Assembly: GCA_002376005.1 (NCBI GenBank)
Contig: DFNJ01000027.1
Coordinates: forward strand, 8,587-72,586
Direction: 5' to 3'
DNA length: 64,000 bases
Source of the DNA: Firmicutes bacterium UBA3570
GTDB taxonomy: Bacteria > Bacillota > Sulfobacillia > UBA3561
Position 1 is the stretch's first letter. Each line of letters starts with the position of its first letter. This document shows positions 9,441 to 19,283 of this stretch, in pieces. The translations under genes and the position numbers were made by a program. The notes below the pieces were generated by a model. It was not told the origin of the DNA, searched no databases, and saw only the letters and a list, made by a program, of their open reading frames with translations.

Positions 9441-9991
9441 GGGAATGCACTGGAATTAGCCGTCAAGCGCAAGCGGCATTTGACGATGGAAGCCCGTTTG
9501 CAGAATTCGTCGGCCGCAGCCGCCTGAACGTCCGATTGATGCAACAGAACTATCGGGATACGGTGGTGCCGGAGACCTTCGTTTCCCGCTTGTGCCAAGC
9601 GGCGGACAAGGCGGGGGGACTGCGGGTGCTGGTGTGGGCAGAGGACTGGTGTCCGGACACGGCGGAGAACCTTCCGGTGGTGGCGAGGATGTTCTCCGAG
9701 GTGCCGGGAGCGGAGGTCAGGGTGCTGCGCAAGGACCAGCATTCGGAGCTGGCGCGGGCCCTCGGCGGCGCAGGCAGTTCCTTTCGGATACCACTGGTGG
9801 TGGTATTCGACGGTTCTTTCTGTCGCCACGCGGTTTGGGTGGAAAGGCCTCGTGCCGCCCATGAGGTCATGGCTGCAGAGGGCAAGGAACGCGGGCGGCG
9901 CACTCTGAGGAAACTTTATCGCTCGGGCGACATGCGCTTAGAAGTGATGAAGGAAATCACGGCCACGATGGAGGAGCAGGGTTTCTTTTGA
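9437..9991 (+). CDS. Thioredoxin-fold family protein (WCPDT redox motif)
   Basis: Within ORF 9233-9991, the part after the Ogt stop contains EDWCPDTAENLP and a thioredoxin-like fold pattern. GTG 9437 overlaps the Ogt stop (GTGA) with GAGGGG upstream. Alternative ATG at 9539. Confidence 0.5.
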   Translation: MRECTGISRQAQAAFDDGSPFAEFVGRSRLNVRLMQQNYRDTVVPETFVSRLCQAADKAGGLRVLVWAEDWCPDTAENLPVVARMFSEVPGAEVRVLRKDQHSELARALGGAGSSFRIPLVVVFDGSFCRHAVWVERPRAAHEVMAAEGKERGRRTLRKLYRSGDMRLEVMKEITATMEEQGFF

Positions 9992-12363
9992 TGGATTCCA
10001 GGAGCTTGTGTGCCCTCGAATTCCCCGAAATCTTGAAGATGCTTTCTGCCCGTGCCATTACCGAGCTGGGCAGGGAGCGGGCGCGGTCTTTGCAGCCGAC
10101 CACCGATCCGGGGACAGTGCGTAGCTTGCAAAGTGAGACGCAACAGGCACGCGTAGCGCTCGAGCGGAAGGGCCTCCCTCGCCTGCACGGCGTCACCGAC
10201 ATACGGCGCCATCTGGAGGTGGCACGACGCGGCGGAACCCTGGGGGGCGATGCCCTGCTGGCGGTGGCTCGCGTGGCCCGGGCGGCCCGAGGGCTCAAGC
10301 AGTATGTGGCTGAGCTGCCACCAGAGTGCGCCGGGTTGAAGGAACGTTGTCGACGCATCTGCAGCGCCAAGGAGCTGGAAGACGAGATTGACCGCTGCTT
10401 GAGTCCCGATGGGGAGCTGCGGGACCAGGCCAGTTCAGAGCTGGCCAGGCTGCGGCGTCGGAGGCGCAATCTGGCTGAACGACTGAAGGAAAAGCTGGTG
10501 GAGATGACCCGGGATCCCGCTACGGCCAAGTTCCTTCAGGAGCCGTTGGTCACCATTCGCGCCGGACGTTTCGTGCTCCCGGTCAAGGCTGAGGCCAAGT
10601 CCCAGTTTCCCGGGGTGGTCCATGACCAGTCATCCAGCGGGATGACTCTCTTCGTCGAGCCCCTGGTGACAGTAGAGATGAACAATGAACTCCGCCGGCT
10701 GGACGTGGCGGCACGGGAAGAGGAGGAGAGGATTCTCCGCGAGCTGAGTCAGCTGGTGGGGAGGTATGCGGAGGACCTGGCACGGGCGTTGGAGATACTG
10801 GGGTGGTTGGATCTGGTGTTCGCCAAGGCGGCCCTGGCCCGAGCGCAGCGTGCCTGCCCCGTGCGGATCCTCGATGAACCGGTAGTCCAGCTGGTGCAAG
10901 TGCGGAACCCGCTGCTGGGCGAACGCGCTGTTCCCATAGACATCGAGGTAGGCGCTCGGTTCGACTGCCTGGTGATAACCGGGCCTAACACGGGGGGCAA
11001 GACGGTGGCGCTGAAGACCCTCGGTCTGTCGGTAGCCATGGCACAAGCAGGCCTGCAAGTGCCTGCTGCCGAGGCTGAGATGGGCGTGTTTCAGCAGCTG
11101 TTTGCCGACATCGGTGACGAGCAGAGCATACAGCAAAACCTGAGCACCTTTTCCTCGCACATGACGAACATAGTGCGCTTTTTGCGATCAGCCGGCCGGC
11201 GCACTCTGGTTCTCCTGGACGAAATTGGGGCTGGTACCGATCCGGTGGAGGGTTCCGCGCTAGCCATGGCCCTACTGGAGTATCTACTTGCTGCCGAGGC
11301 CAAGGTGGTGTGCACCACCCATTACAGCGCCCTGAAGATCTTCGCCGCCCAGACCCAGCGCGTGGCCAATGGCGCGGTGCAGTTCGATCCGGTCACCCTG
11401 GCACCCACCTACCAGCTGGTGATTGGCGTGCCCGGACGGTCAAATGCTCTGGATATCGGCTCTCGATTGGGGTTGCCCCCCGCTGTGCTGCGCAGGGCCC
11501 GCCAGATGCTCGGCTCAGGTCAGCTGGACCTCGAGGCGCTCTTGGACCAGGTGGGGCGATACCGCTCAGAGCTGAGAGAGCTGGTCAGCCGGGGGCGACG
11601 CCTGGTGAACGCCCTGGAGGAACTGGTCGGGGCCGCGGAACGCACCTGCTCCCAGGCGCAGCAGGAGGCAAGGCGGCTGCGGGAAGAAGCGCGTGCCTAC
11701 AGTCGCGATCTGGTCCTCAAGGTCCAGCGGGAGATGAAGGAGCTGATGGCCTCCGCCCGCCGGGCCGCGGCCCGATCCTCGCTCCGGCACATCGATCGCC
11801 TGTCCCAGCAGTACAGGGAAGCGGTTCAAGAGCAGCTGGAACAGCTTGCACCGCGGGCGGATCCGGGGATTCCTCGCCAGCCTCCCGCCTCAGTGGCACC
11901 AGGGCAGACGGTGTGGGTGGTACCGCTGGGGCAGCGGGGACGGGTTCTGGAACCTCCCGACACGCAGGGCAAGGTCCTGATACAGGTCGGTAACCTGAAG
12001 GTCACGGTGCCGCTTCGCGAACTGCGCCATGCGGACGATGCGCAGCAGCAGGGCCCAGGAGGCCGGAGGTCCGACGCCGAGCCTTCGGCCTGGCATTTGG
12101 CCCGGGAGAAGGCCAGCGCGGTCAGCACTGAACTGGACCTGCGCGGGTCAACGAGTGATGAGGCCAGGATGCGCCTGGACAAGTACCTCGATGATGCCAT
12201 ATTGGCTGGCCTCAAGCAGGTGAAGATCATCCACGGTAAGGGGGCGGGCATTCTCAGGTCGGTGGTGTCGGATTTCCTGCGGCATTATCCGGGGGTCCTC
12301 TCCCATCGACTTGGGCAGCCGGAGGAAGGGGGGGAGGGTGTCACGGTGGTGAGGTTGGAGTAG
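9988..12363 (+). CDS. mutS2: Endonuclease MutS2 (MutS ATPase domain plus C-terminal Smr domain)
   Basis: Walker A GPNTGGKT, MutS domain V, C-terminal Smr (LDLRGSTSDEARMRLDKYLDDAILAGLKQVKIIHGKGAGILR). 791 aa. Confidence 0.9.
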   Translation: MMDSRSLCALEFPEILKMLSARAITELGRERARSLQPTTDPGTVRSLQSETQQARVALERKGLPRLHGVTDIRRHLEVARRGGTLGGDALLAVARVARAARGLKQYVAELPPECAGLKERCRRICSAKELEDEIDRCLSPDGELRDQASSELARLRRRRRNLAERLKEKLVEMTRDPATAKFLQEPLVTIRAGRFVLPVKAEAKSQFPGVVHDQSSSGMTLFVEPLVTVEMNNELRRLDVAAREEEERILRELSQLVGRYAEDLARALEILGWLDLVFAKAALARAQRACPVRILDEPVVQLVQVRNPLLGERAVPIDIEVGARFDCLVITGPNTGGKTVALKTLGLSVAMAQAGLQVPAAEAEMGVFQQLFADIGDEQSIQQNLSTFSSHMTNIVRFLRSAGRRTLVLLDEIGAGTDPVEGSALAMALLEYLLAAEAKVVCTTHYSALKIFAAQTQRVANGAVQFDPVTLAPTYQLVIGVPGRSNALDIGSRLGLPPAVLRRARQMLGSGQLDLEALLDQVGRYRSELRELVSRGRRLVNALEELVGAAERTCSQAQQEARRLREEARAYSRDLVLKVQREMKELMASARRAAARSSLRHIDRLSQQYREAVQEQLEQLAPRADPGIPRQPPASVAPGQTVWVVPLGQRGRVLEPPDTQGKVLIQVGNLKVTVPLRELRHADDAQQQGPGGRRSDAEPSAWHLAREKASAVSTELDLRGSTSDEARMRLDKYLDDAILAGLKQVKIIHGKGAGILRSVVSDFLRHYPGVLSHRLGQPEEGGEGVTVVRLE

Positions 12364-14596
12364 TCTCCCCTTCGGGCGCCGGCGGTTGATGGAAGGGGCA
12401 GGTTTCTTTGGGGACCTCTAGGTTGGCGTCCAGTGGCACTCGCCCGTCCTCGGCGGGCTGGTACGGCTCCCTGCGCCTGATGCATACCCGTTCGATGGTT
12501 TCCGGACATCGTTCACCAGCGAGATACTCGGGATGATCTTTGCACACGCGGACCAGCACATGTACGTCGCACTGGCCAGTAGGTTCCTTTCCAGCCACAA
12601 ACATCTCCTCGCGGATCTCCTCAGCAGGACAGTGAGGCCCCGGGAGCAGTCCTGACTTGGCGCACACCCGCAGGCGGACGATGCCCGGAGGCTGGTGGAA
12701 ATCCATCACCGGGAGCCCCTCGTGCGCCCGAATCATCACTTCCCTCCAGATCATGGCCGGGTACGAGCCGCCAGTGACACCTTTCCCGGAAGGTCGGACC
12801 ATCCTCGCCGGCTGCCCGTCTTCCAGTCGCGGCTGGTCATACCCCATCCACACGGTACAAACCAACTGGGGAGTGTAGCCGATGAACCACGCATCGACGT
12901 ATTCGGAGGTGGTGCCGGTTTTCCCCGCCGCGGGGCGGTCCAGGCGGGCCCGGGTACCGGTCCCCTGTTCGATGACGTCTCGCAGTACGTCGGTCATCAA
13001 GTAGGCGGTCTCCTCAGAGATCACTGCCTGTCGGATCGGGCGATTTTCTTCCAACACGTTGCCGTAACGGTCCACCACCCGGATGACGGCATATGGGGTG
13101 ACCCGAACGCCCCGGTTGGCCAGGACTCCGTAGGCCTGGGTCATCTCCAGCGGCGTGACTCCCTTGGTGAGTCCGCCCAGCGCGATGGCCAGCGCGTGGT
13201 CGTTGCGAACCCCGCTCTTCACCAGGCTGGTGATGCCCAGCTTTTCGGCCATCGCCCAGCCGGTCTCGATGCCGATCTGATCCAGTAGCTTGACGGCTGC
13301 CACGTTGACGGAGTCAACCAGGGCCTCGCGAAGGGTGATCAGGCCCCGGAACTGGTGGTCATAGTTCTCCGGTGTCCAGAGCTCTCCCGAGATTTGCTCG
13401 TAGGCCACTGGTGCATCATCAATGACCGAGGCCGGACCGTAGCCAAGTTCAAACGCGGCAGTGTACACCACGACCGGCTTGAAGGCGGATCCGGGTTGGC
13501 GGTACGCCTCCACCGCCCGGTTGAAGGCGAGCCGGGCGGTATGAGTCCTGCCACCCACCATGGCCACGATCTCGCCCGTACGCGCGTCCATCACCACCAC
13601 GGCTGCCTGGGGGTAGGGCTTGCCCGAGTCCAGCGGATACACCGGATCAAGTACCGACTTCACCGCGGCTTCGGCTGCTTCCTGGATCCTGGGGTCCAGA
13701 GTGGTGTAGATCTTCAGCCCTCCCTCGTATACCATGCGCTTGCCATGCCGCTCCAGGAGATGCGCGAGCACGTAATCGACGAAGTAGGGGGCCGGATTGT
13801 TCTCCGGCTCGGGGATACCGGCCAGCTTTATGGGTTGCGCCTTGGCCTGTTCTGCTTCCTCGTGGGTGATGTATCCGTACTTGACCATTTGTTGCAAAAC
13901 CACCGCCTGACGCGTGCGGGCGGCGTCCATGTCCACATAGGGAGAATAATAGGCGGGCGCTCGGGCGATCCCGGCCAGGAGTGCGCACTCCGCCAGGGTC
14001 AGGTCTTGCACGTCCTTGCCGAAATAGAACCTGGCCGCTGCCTGGACTCCGTACTGGCCGTGACCAAAGGGTATCTGGTTGAGGTACATTTCCAGGATCT
14101 CCTCTTTGGTGTAACAACGCTCCAGCTGCAGTGCAATGATTGCCTCCTGGATCTTGCGACGCAGGGTGCGCTCGGGGCTGAGGAACGCGTTCTTCGCCAG
14201 CTGCTGCGTTATGGTGCTACCTCCGTGCAGTTCGTCCGTAGTGACGTTGACGTACAGTGCCCGCAGGATGCCGCGAGGATCTATCCCCCGGTGCTCCCAG
14301 AAGAGGTGGTCCTCAACCGCCACGAAGGCGTCGATCAGATCCTGGGGCATGTGAGAGAAGGGCACCGGGATGCGATTTTGCTCTCCGTGCAGGTGGCAAA
14401 TGGGCGTGCCGTCACGCGCGTACACCGTGGAGGTCAGGCTCGGTTGTGGTTCCAGATAGGTCAGGGGAGGGAGGTCGCGTACCACGTCAGCGAGATACGC
14501 CCCAGCCATGCCGCCAGCAGTTGCCGTGCACAGTAGCAACGTGATGAAGATCAGCTTCCACAGGTTCATGCGCTGCTTCTTACGACGTTTCGCCAT
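12341..14596 (-). CDS. ponA: Class A penicillin-binding protein (PBP1A-type; transglycosylase plus transpeptidase) with Pro/Cys-rich C-terminal tail
   Basis: N-terminal KRRKKQ plus TM anchor, GT51 motifs (EDHLFWEHRGID, TITQQLAKN), transpeptidase SAFKP and KTGT motifs. 3' end overlaps mutS2 convergently by 23 nt. Confidence 0.9.
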   Translation of the reverse strand: MAKRRKKQRMNLWKLIFITLLLCTATAGGMAGAYLADVVRDLPPLTYLEPQPSLTSTVYARDGTPICHLHGEQNRIPVPFSHMPQDLIDAFVAVEDHLFWEHRGIDPRGILRALYVNVTTDELHGGSTITQQLAKNAFLSPERTLRRKIQEAIIALQLERCYTKEEILEMYLNQIPFGHGQYGVQAAARFYFGKDVQDLTLAECALLAGIARAPAYYSPYVDMDAARTRQAVVLQQMVKYGYITHEEAEQAKAQPIKLAGIPEPENNPAPYFVDYVLAHLLERHGKRMVYEGGLKIYTTLDPRIQEAAEAAVKSVLDPVYPLDSGKPYPQAAVVVMDARTGEIVAMVGGRTHTARLAFNRAVEAYRQPGSAFKPVVVYTAAFELGYGPASVIDDAPVAYEQISGELWTPENYDHQFRGLITLREALVDSVNVAAVKLLDQIGIETGWAMAEKLGITSLVKSGVRNDHALAIALGGLTKGVTPLEMTQAYGVLANRGVRVTPYAVIRVVDRYGNVLEENRPIRQAVISEETAYLMTDVLRDVIEQGTGTRARLDRPAAGKTGTTSEYVDAWFIGYTPQLVCTVWMGYDQPRLEDGQPARMVRPSGKGVTGGSYPAMIWREVMIRAHEGLPVMDFHQPPGIVRLRVCAKSGLLPGPHCPAEEIREEMFVAGKEPTGQCDVHVLVRVCKDHPEYLAGERCPETIERVCIRRREPYQPAEDGRVPLDANLEVPKETCPFHQPPAPEGETTPTSPP

Positions 14597-14655
14597 AAGG
14601 CGATCACCTCAGCCGCTTCCGCGGGGGCTACACTGGCCCCTTCAGGCAGTCACTA

Positions 14656-14685
14656 TATTATAACTCGCGACATACCAGCTGACCA
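14656..14685 (-). promoter_or_regulatory. Candidate sigma-A promoter for ponA (minus strand: TTGGTC - 18 nt - TATAAT)
   Basis: Reverse complement of 14656-14685 reads TTGGTC...TATAAT about 60 nt upstream of the ponA ATG. Spacer 18 nt is slightly long. Confidence 0.3.
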
Positions 14686-14702
14686 ACCGGGTGACTCCAG
14701 CC

Positions 14703-15458
14703 TCAGCCGGCGTACTTCTTCATTTCTGCAGCTTCCATATCGAAGTTGGAGTAAACCTGCTGGATATCGTCGTGCTCTTCAAGAGCCTCCAGGAGGCGCA
14801 ACACCTTCTGGCCCGTGGGGCCGGACACGCTCACCGTGCTCTTGGGCACCATGGTCACCTCGGCGATCTGCGGACGAACATCCCGGCGTTTGAGCGCGGC
14901 CTTGATGGACTCCAGTGCGGACGGCTCGCCGGTTATCTCCCAGCCGTCGTCTTCTGCTCGCAAGTCTTCTGCGCCGCCTTCCAGGGCTGCCTCCAGCAGC
15001 TCGTCTTCCGCCAACGGACAGCCACTACGTTCCACGAAGACATAGGCCTTTTTCTCGAACATCCAGGCCACACAGCCCGATTCGCCGAGGCTGCCGCCAA
15101 AGCGGGAGAAGAGGTGCCTTACCTCTGCCGCGGTTCGGTTACGGTTGTCGGTCACCGCTTCCAGGAGGATGGCCACGCCTCCCGGCCCGTAGCCTTCGTA
15201 CACGATCTCTTCCAGTGCCTCGCCCTGCAGTTCGCCGGTTCCCCTTCTTATGGCCGCCATTATGGTATCCGCAGGCATGTTGGCCTCCTTGGCTTTCTGA
15301 AGGGCCAGGCGAAGCTTCACGTTGGTTTCCGGGTTCCCCCCACCCTCGCGGGCTGCTACGGTGAGGGCCCGACTCAGCTTGGAGAACAGGTTGCCACGGC
15401 GCGCATCCTGCTTGCCCTTTCGGTGCCGGATGTTGGCCCATTTGGAATGTCCGGCCAT
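14703..15458 (-). CDS. yebC: YebC/PmpR family DNA-binding transcriptional regulator
   Basis: N-terminus MAGHSKWANIRHRKGKQDARRGNLFSKL is the YebC signature. 251 aa. Confidence 0.9.
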   Translation of the reverse strand: MAGHSKWANIRHRKGKQDARRGNLFSKLSRALTVAAREGGGNPETNVKLRLALQKAKEANMPADTIMAAIRRGTGELQGEALEEIVYEGYGPGGVAILLEAVTDNRNRTAAEVRHLFSRFGGSLGESGCVAWMFEKKAYVFVERSGCPLAEDELLEAALEGGAEDLRAEDDGWEITGEPSALESIKAALKRRDVRPQIAEVTMVPKSTVSVSGPTGQKVLRLLEALEEHDDIQQVYSNFDMEAAEMKKYAG

Positions 15459-15483
15459 ACTCTACAGGTCACCTCCTCCTTGT

Positions 15484-16245
15484 TCATTGCCCTGCACCGC
15501 CAATGGGGCAGATGGGGGGCGGCTGCCGCTTGTGGGCGCTACGCTCCTGCATGAACTCGATGCGCTGGCGCACTGCTGGAGGAACTGGCTCTCCTCGCAG
15601 GTAGGCGTCCAGCTGCTCGTAGGTGATGCCCATTTCTTCTTCGTCGGTTTGTCCCGGCCACAACCCCGCGCTGGGTGGCTTTTGAATTATCCGCGCCGGA
15701 ATGCCCAGATATTGCGCCAGCTGGCGCACCTCGGTCTTGGTGAGCGCCCCCAGCGGTGCCAGGTCAACACCGCCGTCCCCGTACTTGGTGAAGTATCCCA
15801 CTTCCAGCTCGCTCCGGTTGCTGCTGCCCACCACCAGGTATCCCAGTCGGTTGGCGAAGTAATATAAGGTACACATTCTGAGCCGGGGCTTCAGATTGGC
15901 CCTTGCCAACCTCTGGGCTTGTTCATTCTCATCGGGGAGGACGGAACCACCGCTGGTCCGCAATGACTCCAGCAGACGATCATAAACACCATCCAGCTCC
16001 ACGGTAACATGCCGGATATCCAGGGTGGCGGCCACCAGGAGGGCGTCCTCCGTATCTCGCGGGTCACTGTGGCAGGGAAGGATCAGTCCGAGGTGGTGCT
16101 CAGGGAATGCGTGTCGGCAAAGGGCCGCTAGCACCGACGAATCCAGTCCCCCCGACATACCGAAAACCACACCCCGGGTCCCCGCCTCGGCGACCTTGCT
16201 CTGCAACCAATCTATCAGGCGTCGCGACAGTGTGCTGGCATCCAT
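15484..16245 (-). CDS. nadE: NH3-dependent NAD+ synthetase
   Basis: PP-loop SGGLDSS, 253 aa, NadE-like conserved blocks (YFTKYGDGG, TDEEEMGITYEQLD). Confidence 0.85.
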   Translation of the reverse strand: MDASTLSRRLIDWLQSKVAEAGTRGVVFGMSGGLDSSVLAALCRHAFPEHHLGLILPCHSDPRDTEDALLVAATLDIRHVTVELDGVYDRLLESLRTSGGSVLPDENEQAQRLARANLKPRLRMCTLYYFANRLGYLVVGSSNRSELEVGYFTKYGDGGVDLAPLGALTKTEVRQLAQYLGIPARIIQKPPSAGLWPGQTDEEEMGITYEQLDAYLRGEPVPPAVRQRIEFMQERSAHKRQPPPICPIGGAGQ

Positions 16246-16313
16246 CCTGGGTTCCTCCCTGTTCTGGCCACTGCGGGCGCACCTTTTCCCACGCGTCGGC
16301 GGCCGGGCGTATC

Positions 16314-16745
16314 TCAGAGCAAAAGCAGCGGCAGCTCTTCAAACTTCTTACCCTTCAAACGAAAGGCGCGGCATTCCCAGTTTCCGCCCGTAGGGGCGAG
16401 CACTACCAGAAGGAGATCCGGATACGCGGTCAGCCGGAGATCCACGGCGGAAGGAAAAGGCGACCCATCGGGATGTGAATGATAGATGGCCAGCAGTTGC
16501 AGGCCCCTGACTTCCGCGTCCAGCATGGCTTGCACCTGCTCCTGGGCGTCCATGAGAAACCGGTTTGTTTGGGTGGCCACGTTGCGAACCGGGTACCACC
16601 GGGTGACCAGTTCTCCCTGGCCTGCCAGGAACCCGCACGCTTCCCGGGGCAACTGCCTAGCGACGTGACTGGCCATGCACCGGTACAGCTTTCGCGGCAG
16701 TTGCAGCTGGCGCAGGCGACGGCATGCGAGAGTCGGCGCTGTCAC
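16314..16745 (-). CDS. JAMM/MPN (Mov34/PAD-1) family metalloprotease, Mec+-like
   Basis: EACGFLAG then HSHP-x6-S-x2-D JAMM motif (IYHSHPDGSPFPSAVD). Start overlaps the moeB-like stop by 4 nt. Confidence 0.7.
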   Translation of the reverse strand: MTAPTLACRRLRQLQLPRKLYRCMASHVARQLPREACGFLAGQGELVTRWYPVRNVATQTNRFLMDAQEQVQAMLDAEVRGLQLLAIYHSHPDGSPFPSAVDLRLTAYPDLLLVVLAPTGGNWECRAFRLKGKKFEELPLLLL

Positions 16746-17524
16746 AGGTGTACCGCTCCCTCACCGCAGACGGGGCAGTCCGGGCGGCGGGCGAACCTGA
16801 CGGTGGTGAACTCCATGTTCAACCCATCGTATATGAGAAGACGACCCAAGAGGGGCGTGCCGACGCCCAGCAGGATCTTGAGGGTTTCCAGGGCCTGAAT
16901 GGTCCCGATCAACCCCGGTACCGGCCCGACCACCGGGATGGGCTCGGTGGCCTCGGGAGGGACTCGCGGAAACAGACACTGGTAGCAGGGTCCTTTAGGC
17001 GTCCAGAACACGCTGGCCTGGCCCTCGAACCGGTGCACGCTGCCGTGCACCAGCGGGACTCCCAGCTCCGCGCATGCCCGGTTGAGAGTGCACCTTGCGG
17101 AAAAGTTGTCAGTAGCATCTACCACCACGTCGTACTGAGAGATTAGTACCTTCGCTGTGCCCACGCTGTCTATGCGTTCGAAATAGGTTACCACCCGCAC
17201 TTCGGGATTCAGGGCGTTCAGCGTACGCCTCGCCGAAATCGGTTTGGGCACTCCCACATCCCGCGAGCGGTGCAGTACCTGGCGGTTGAGGTTATCCAAC
17301 CGAACTTCATCCCCGTCAGCAATACCCAGGTTGCCTACCCCAGCGGCGGCCAAATAAAGCAGAACCGCCGACCCCAAGCCTCCAGCTCCCACCACCAGTA
17401 CTTTGGAGTCGCCAAGTCGCTCTTGTCCGATCGTTCCGATTTCCGGGAGGAGAAGCTGGCGATGATAACGCTCAGTTAGCGATTTCAGTTTCTCATTCAC
17501 CGACAGGCAGCCTCCCCAGTACAT
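16742..17524 (-). CDS. E1-like MoeB/ThiF/MoeZ family adenylyltransferase (no rhodanese domain)
   Basis: RYHRQ motif, GAGGLGS nucleotide-binding loop, two CxxC pairs (CYQC, CPVC). Likely true start is the in-frame GTG at ~17497 (GGAGG 10 nt upstream), giving M-NEKLKSLTERYHRQ. Confidence 0.8.
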   Translation of the reverse strand: MYWGGCLSVNEKLKSLTERYHRQLLLPEIGTIGQERLGDSKVLVVGAGGLGSAVLLYLAAAGVGNLGIADGDEVRLDNLNRQVLHRSRDVGVPKPISARRTLNALNPEVRVVTYFERIDSVGTAKVLISQYDVVVDATDNFSARCTLNRACAELGVPLVHGSVHRFEGQASVFWTPKGPCYQCLFPRVPPEATEPIPVVGPVPGLIGTIQALETLKILLGVGTPLLGRLLIYDGLNMEFTTVRFARRPDCPVCGEGAVHL

Positions 17525-17906
17525 GGTATCCGAACTGCATCAGGTGAGTCAACGCGGACGCCGACTGGACCCTGCTGACAACTACTGGTACGCCGGGTGT
17601 GGCCCGGACCCAATTGCTGGCTGCACTGATCCAGCGGGCGGATAGTCTACCGCAGACCTGCCACCTCAGAGTGGTTTGACCAGATACTCACCTATGTGGA
17701 TTAGCGCGAGGGATCGCGGACCGGCAACTTGGCTCCTGCCGGTTCCTTCGATTACCCCATTCGCTAGCCGGGTGGAGGGTGGAGAATCGAACTGGGCCCT
17801 CGAGCCTGGGGGTATGTGCTGGAGTGCAGCGAATTTTCCGAAAAAGTCCTTGCAAAGGGCGGCATTTTGTGGATGTGTGGGCAGCGTATAGGCTCAGGTA
17901 GCAGCG

Positions 17907-18440
17907 GTGACGTCATGGGCCATTTCGATTGTCCACGGGTATTCGGACCAGGGAGGTCTCCTGAGGGGAGGAAGCTGCGATGCTGGGAAAGCGCAATCCC
18001 CAGCAGGGGTTATGGGAGGTAAGATGGGAGCAAGAAAGCACCGAAAGGTTGCTCGGGCCATCGAGAAGGCAGGGATGAAGCCGGAGATACCTTTTCGGCA
18101 CCGACGCAAACAGGCCTTTTCCTGCCGCTACCGTGAGACGGTGGGCAAACCCTTACATCCCGGTGGTGGGTATCTTTATTACTTCTCCCAGGCTGACTGC
18201 AGTCGGTGCAAGCGCAAGGAATCCTGTCTGGGTGACAAAGAGACCCGCAAGCGGGTATACTTCAGTGAACGAGCCCGAAATCTACTGTCATGCCGCCCGC
18301 AGCTACGGGAGCTTTGCGATATCGCAAGATCGTGGAGCGCAAGTTCGCAGAAGCCAAATGCTGTGGCACGGGCTGGATCGAGCACGCTACTGGGGCAGGT
18401 GGCGTGTAATCTGAAGCTGATGGTGAGGGTGCTAGGAACC
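17907..18440 (+). mobile_element. Decayed IS5/IS1182-type (DDE_Tnp_1) transposase C-terminal fragment with frameshifts
   Basis: Across three + frames: CSRCKRKESCLGDKETRKRVYFSERARNL (Cys-rich IS1182-like block), KIVERKFAEAK, and HGLDRARYWG matching the HGLRRARYRGL C-terminal hallmark, then ACNLKLMVRVLG. DDE catalytic core is absent upstream. No terminal inverted repeats identified. Confidence 0.6.
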
Positions 18441-18853
18441 TAGTGCCTTGGGTGCCGTATGAAGGGGAAGGAAAAGGAGAAAGCAGGGGTATGGGAACCA
18501 GGACCAGGTAAGATCAGAAACCCGCGGCTACTTCTCCCGCCCAGAATACCTCATCAGCCAACTCCCAGGTCCTTGGTTCTTCAGAGATCTCGCAGCTGCG
18601 CTTTGCCAGTAGAGCCGGGCAATTAGCCCTGGTCGCGCGGTTTCATCGGGAGCCCTTCCTGCCGCCCGAGCAGAGTAACCAGGGTCGCGCATCGGGCTGG
18701 TGCTCCGTGGTGCCATCGCTGACGGTCACAAAAGCGTGCTTCATCGTCCGGGGGGATGAAGTTGCCACTAGTTCAGGCGGCTTTTCCCGTCCCGGAAAAT
18801 GATGACTCGCGCGCTGTTGGTACAGGCGGAACAATGCTGCGGGGCTCGGGTAC

Positions 18854-19171
18854 TCATGGGGGGATTTTTGGTTGACGGGTACTGGAAGGGAGTTCGAAGG
18901 GGAGCAAGCAGAGCAGCTTGGGCCATAACCATATAGCCCGCCCCTGCTGGACCAGCGCCTGGGCCTTCTTGCGACTCATGCCCCGTTGTCTCCCCAGCAC
19001 AGAGACCACTTCCACCGTGCGTCCTCGACGGAGAGAGCCGCATCGGGCGGCTCTCTCCCGGGCTTCCGCCCGAGGGATATCCGGCTTGTGGGTGCCGTAA
19101 CAGGAGACTATGCCCGCACACTCGTAGCAGCTGCTGACCTGTTTCTTTTTTACCGCCATGCCCAGCCTCAC
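18854..19171 (-). CDS. Small Cys-containing hypothetical protein, possibly 3'-truncated next to the IS remnant
   Basis: MAVKKKQVSSCYECAGIVSCYGTHKPDIPRAEARERAARCGSLRRGRTVEVVSVLGRQRGMSRKKAQALVQQG then a low-complexity tail (IWLWPKLLCLLPF...) that looks like read-through into non-native sequence. Co-directional with the rseC-like gene. Confidence 0.3.
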   Translation of the reverse strand: MRLGMAVKKKQVSSCYECAGIVSCYGTHKPDIPRAEARERAARCGSLRRGRTVEVVSVLGRQRGMSRKKAQALVQQGRAIWLWPKLLCLLPFELPSSTRQPKIPP

Positions 19172-19283
19172 TCCCTCGCAACAGTCCAGCCACCATAAGT
19201 GATCGGTCGAAGGACGAGATTGCTTCAGGGTTTTCAGAGATGGCGGCGGGCTGTGAGCGGGCGGAACCCTGTTTGTTCCACTC

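Noticed and set aside
17761-17800. tRNA-like TTCGATTC T-loop motif on the minus strand (GAATCGAAC on plus)
   Set aside because: Flanking 5-nt segments do not pair into a T-stem, and no acceptor stem/CCA context. Likely chance occurrence inside the IS-remnant region
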